Assembly (NCBI GenBank): GCA_047639475.1
Contig: JBLIOD010000003.1
Coordinates: 25,875 to 89,874 of the forward strand
Reading direction: 5' to 3'
Length of the DNA: 64,000 nt
DNA from: Gammaproteobacteria bacterium
Lineage (GTDB): Bacteria > Pseudomonadota > Gammaproteobacteria > Arenicellales > Poriferihabitantaceae
Part shown: one piece after another, positions 61,940 through 64,000 of the stretch
Layout of the letters: each line of letters begins with the position of its first letter
Position numbering within the stretch: position 1 is the first letter of the stretch
Position numbers and translations under genes: made by a program
Notes under the pieces: generated by a model
What the model saw: only the letters and a program-made list of their open reading frames with translations
Told to the model about the DNA's origin: nothing
The model's database searches: none

Positions 61940-62815
61940 GTGAAAATATTGCATGACATTCGTTTAGGTCGCGCCTCGGTGCACAAATATTTTTGGCTTT
62001 ATGGTGTGCTTGGCTTTCTATTGGTAATAGTGGGCGGGTACTTTGTGATCAGCCGTTTATTCAATCCTGGCATTTTTCACTGGAGCATTGCCGCCTATTT
62101 GCTGTTCTCGGTTCTGTTCTATTTGATGTTGTTTGTTGGTTTGGTGCGGTCCGCTGGGCACCACATTCAACAAGGGGGAAACGTGCAGCTCGCCTCGATT
62201 TATCAGGCTTTGGGTTTATTAGGTGCTTTAGGCTTGTTTTACTTAAGCTTAGATGCAGTCCAACTAGGTACCGAGGATTACACGCCTTTGAGCCGGCCCT
62301 ATAGCGCGGTTGAGCGAGAAACTTACAAACTAGGTTTGGCGACAAACAAGCAAACTATTGTCATTAAAGGGATCATAAACTTAGGCATTACAAAGTCGCT
62401 GAGAAGGTTATTAGATGAAAATAAAACCGTCGAAAAAATCATACTACAAAGTGATGGCGGGCATATTTATGCAGCACGTGGAGTGGCTAAACTGATCCTT
62501 GAGCATCAAATTGATACCCATGTCGACACGGCGTGTTCTTCTGCTTGTGTCGTGGTATTTGCGGCCGGGTCAAAGCGTTCCCTAGCGGAAGGCGGCAAAC
62601 TGGGTTTTCATCAATATACCTTTGATACGGGTAAGTCATTGCCCTTTAATGTTCAAGATGAGCAGCAAAAGGAAACAATTTTTTACCTTGAAAGAGGGGT
62701 GAGTAAAACATTTTTAGATGAAATATTTTCAGTACCTTTCACACAACTGTGGCAACCCAAGGCTGAAGAGTTGCTACAATCTGGTTTGGTACACGTAATT
62801 CTTCCGGCGTCGTAA
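61940..62815 (+). CDS. Membrane-anchored protein with a ClpP/SppA-like (COG3904-like) C-terminal domain
   Basis: 291 aa with N-terminal TM segments. The C-terminal IILQSDGGHIYAARGVAKLI...ACSSACVVVFAAGSKR resembles the serine-protease-like crotonase fold. GTG start. Confidence 0.5.
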   Translation: MKILHDIRLGRASVHKYFWLYGVLGFLLVIVGGYFVISRLFNPGIFHWSIAAYLLFSVLFYLMLFVGLVRSAGHHIQQGGNVQLASIYQALGLLGALGLFYLSLDAVQLGTEDYTPLSRPYSAVERETYKLGLATNKQTIVIKGIINLGITKSLRRLLDENKTVEKIILQSDGGHIYAARGVAKLILEHQIDTHVDTACSSACVVVFAAGSKRSLAEGGKLGFHQYTFDTGKSLPFNVQDEQQKETIFYLERGVSKTFLDEIFSVPFTQLWQPKAEELLQSGLVHVILPAS

Positions 62816-62820
62816 ATAAG

Positions 62821-63429
62821 ATGGAAAATAAGCCGATAGGCTATCCTGATTTCAGCGGTTTGGTGTTCGACCATACCCAGCATCCTTCAATCGAAGTACC
62901 CGAAGGGGACGTCTGGTTCTTTGGTTATGGATCCCTAATGTGGCGTCCTGAGTTTGACTATCTGGACTCGGTCTCTGCTCGTCTATACGGCTACCATCGC
63001 GCTTTATGTTTATGGTCTATTGAGTATCGCGGTGATGTCACGCAACCTGGTTTGGTGTTAGGTTTGGATCGGGGTGGCTCATGTCTAGGCCGAGCGTTTA
63101 AAATATGTGCTACGCAAATTGACGAAATCCTGCCCCAATTAAACCGCCGAGAAATGATTACCGGGGCGTATCAATCTATTATAAAGCCGATCTATCTCGC
63201 CTCAGGAGAGAAGGTGCAGGCGGTGTCATTGGTTGCTCGTCACGGACATACACAATATGTAACGCCGCCATTGACCGATGCCCAGACAGCAGAAGTGTTA
63301 CAAAAAGCCAAAGGCAAAATGGGCCCCAATATCGATTACGTTCTAAACACCGTCAGTCATTTGCGTGAACTGGGTATCAAGGATGTCACTTTGGAAAGAG
63401 TTGCAAACCAATTAGCCCCCAATGGATAG
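62821..63429 (+). CDS. chaC: ChaC-family gamma-glutamylcyclotransferase
   Basis: 202 aa with the FFGYGSLMWRPEF motif. Confidence 0.85.
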   Translation: MENKPIGYPDFSGLVFDHTQHPSIEVPEGDVWFFGYGSLMWRPEFDYLDSVSARLYGYHRALCLWSIEYRGDVTQPGLVLGLDRGGSCLGRAFKICATQIDEILPQLNRREMITGAYQSIIKPIYLASGEKVQAVSLVARHGHTQYVTPPLTDAQTAEVLQKAKGKMGPNIDYVLNTVSHLRELGIKDVTLERVANQLAPNG

Positions 63430-64000
63430 TATCAGTCAAATAGTATTAGGCAGCTCGGTAGCCTATTTGGTCACAGGTAAGCAGGCGCCTCGCCTAAGCT
63501 TGTTAGCTGGTGCGGTAGTGGGCACGATTCCCGATTTAGACTTCATTGTTACCTATGCAGATGCTTTGCAAAGTACTGTTGCGCATCGAACTTGGTCGCA
63601 TTCTTGGTTAATACAAACCGCTGTTTCGCCGTTGCTGGCTTACGCGGCCAGTTTGTATCTGCCCAAACTGAATTTTAAACAATGGTTTTGGTTGATTTGG
63701 CTTTGCCTAGTTACCCACACCTTACTTGATTGCTTTACGGTATATGGTACCGGTGCTTTATGGCCATTGCCGGTGTCAAATATCATGCAAGGGTCGATTT
63801 TTATTATTGACCCTTTGTATACCCTGCCATTGCTCTTTGCCGTGATAGTGGCATGGCGCAGACATAAAAAAGGGGCGAGAGCTTGCGTGATTACAGGGCT
63901 GGTGCTCAGTTGTGTTTATCTAACATGGGGGCTGTCTATCCAGCAGAGTGTTAAGCAACGCCTTATTCACCAACTTGAAAAGCAGGGCATTTTGTCGAAT
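63422..64000 (+). CDS. YdjM-like (DUF457) membrane-bound metal-dependent hydrolase; 5' 193 codons, runs off the right edge
   Basis: Not in the ORF track because it is truncated. Translation from ATG 63422 gives MDSISQIVLGSSVAYLV...GTIPDLDFIV...AHRTWSHSWL...THTLLDCFTVYGTGALWP, the typical DUF457 His/Asp pattern. It overlaps the chaC stop by 8 nt. Confidence 0.7.
   Translation, partial: MDSISQIVLGSSVAYLVTGKQAPRLSLLAGAVVGTIPDLDFIVTYADALQSTVAHRTWSHSWLIQTAVSPLLAYAASLYLPKLNFKQWFWLIWLCLVTHTLLDCFTVYGTGALWPLPVSNIMQGSIFIIDPLYTLPLLFAVIVAWRRHKKGARACVITGLVLSCVYLTWGLSIQQSVKQRLIHQLEKQGILSN

Overview
A 64 kb chromosomal segment with gammaproteobacterial gene content and Pseudomonas-like synteny. By eye it is about 45-47% GC. 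I found no rRNA, intact tRNA, CRISPR array, transposase or integrase.

Gene order, left to right:
- A minus-strand catabolic/transport locus: a truncated HisD-family dehydrogenase, a GntR/HutC regulator, a fused TRAP DctQM permease and a DctP binding protein.
- A decayed tRNA 3' fragment and an orphan 802-aa methyltransferase/kinase-like protein.
- A complete 14-gene nuoA-N operon with separate nuoC and nuoD, followed by ddl and a DUF2853-like gene.
- A minus-strand run of GT2, large HAD-like protein, split small ORF, GlpD-like flavoprotein, tldD and pmbA. It is divergent from a GT-C (ArnT/PMT-like) membrane protein and argB.
- typA, pilMNOPQ, aroK, aroB, two PEGA lipoproteins, gltB, gltD, hemE and argE.
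- A folK-folP fusion, a methyltransferase, dgkA, a thioredoxin and an orphan NorQ/CbbQ-type AAA+ ATPase.
- A short zone of gene remnants.
- serC with an LbH acyltransferase and an SDR epimerase, a COG3904-like protein, chaC and a truncated YdjM-like gene.

Most of the window is ordinary core genome. The signals I consider most worth follow-up are:
1. A 266-nt nested-palindrome element that exactly fills the otherwise anomalous nuoK-nuoL spacer. It pairs the nuoL Shine-Dalgarno with sequence just after the nuoK stop, and one open frame crosses it from end to end.
2. The orphan WbdD-like methyltransferase/kinase-like/coiled-coil protein next to a tRNA 3' scar.
3. An uncharacterised GT2 / HAD / GlpD-like / GT-C envelope-modification module.
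4. Relics of rearrangement: a DctM C-terminal relic, an orphan NorQ and gene fragments.

All functional calls rest on motif and family recognition by eye. No database search was run.
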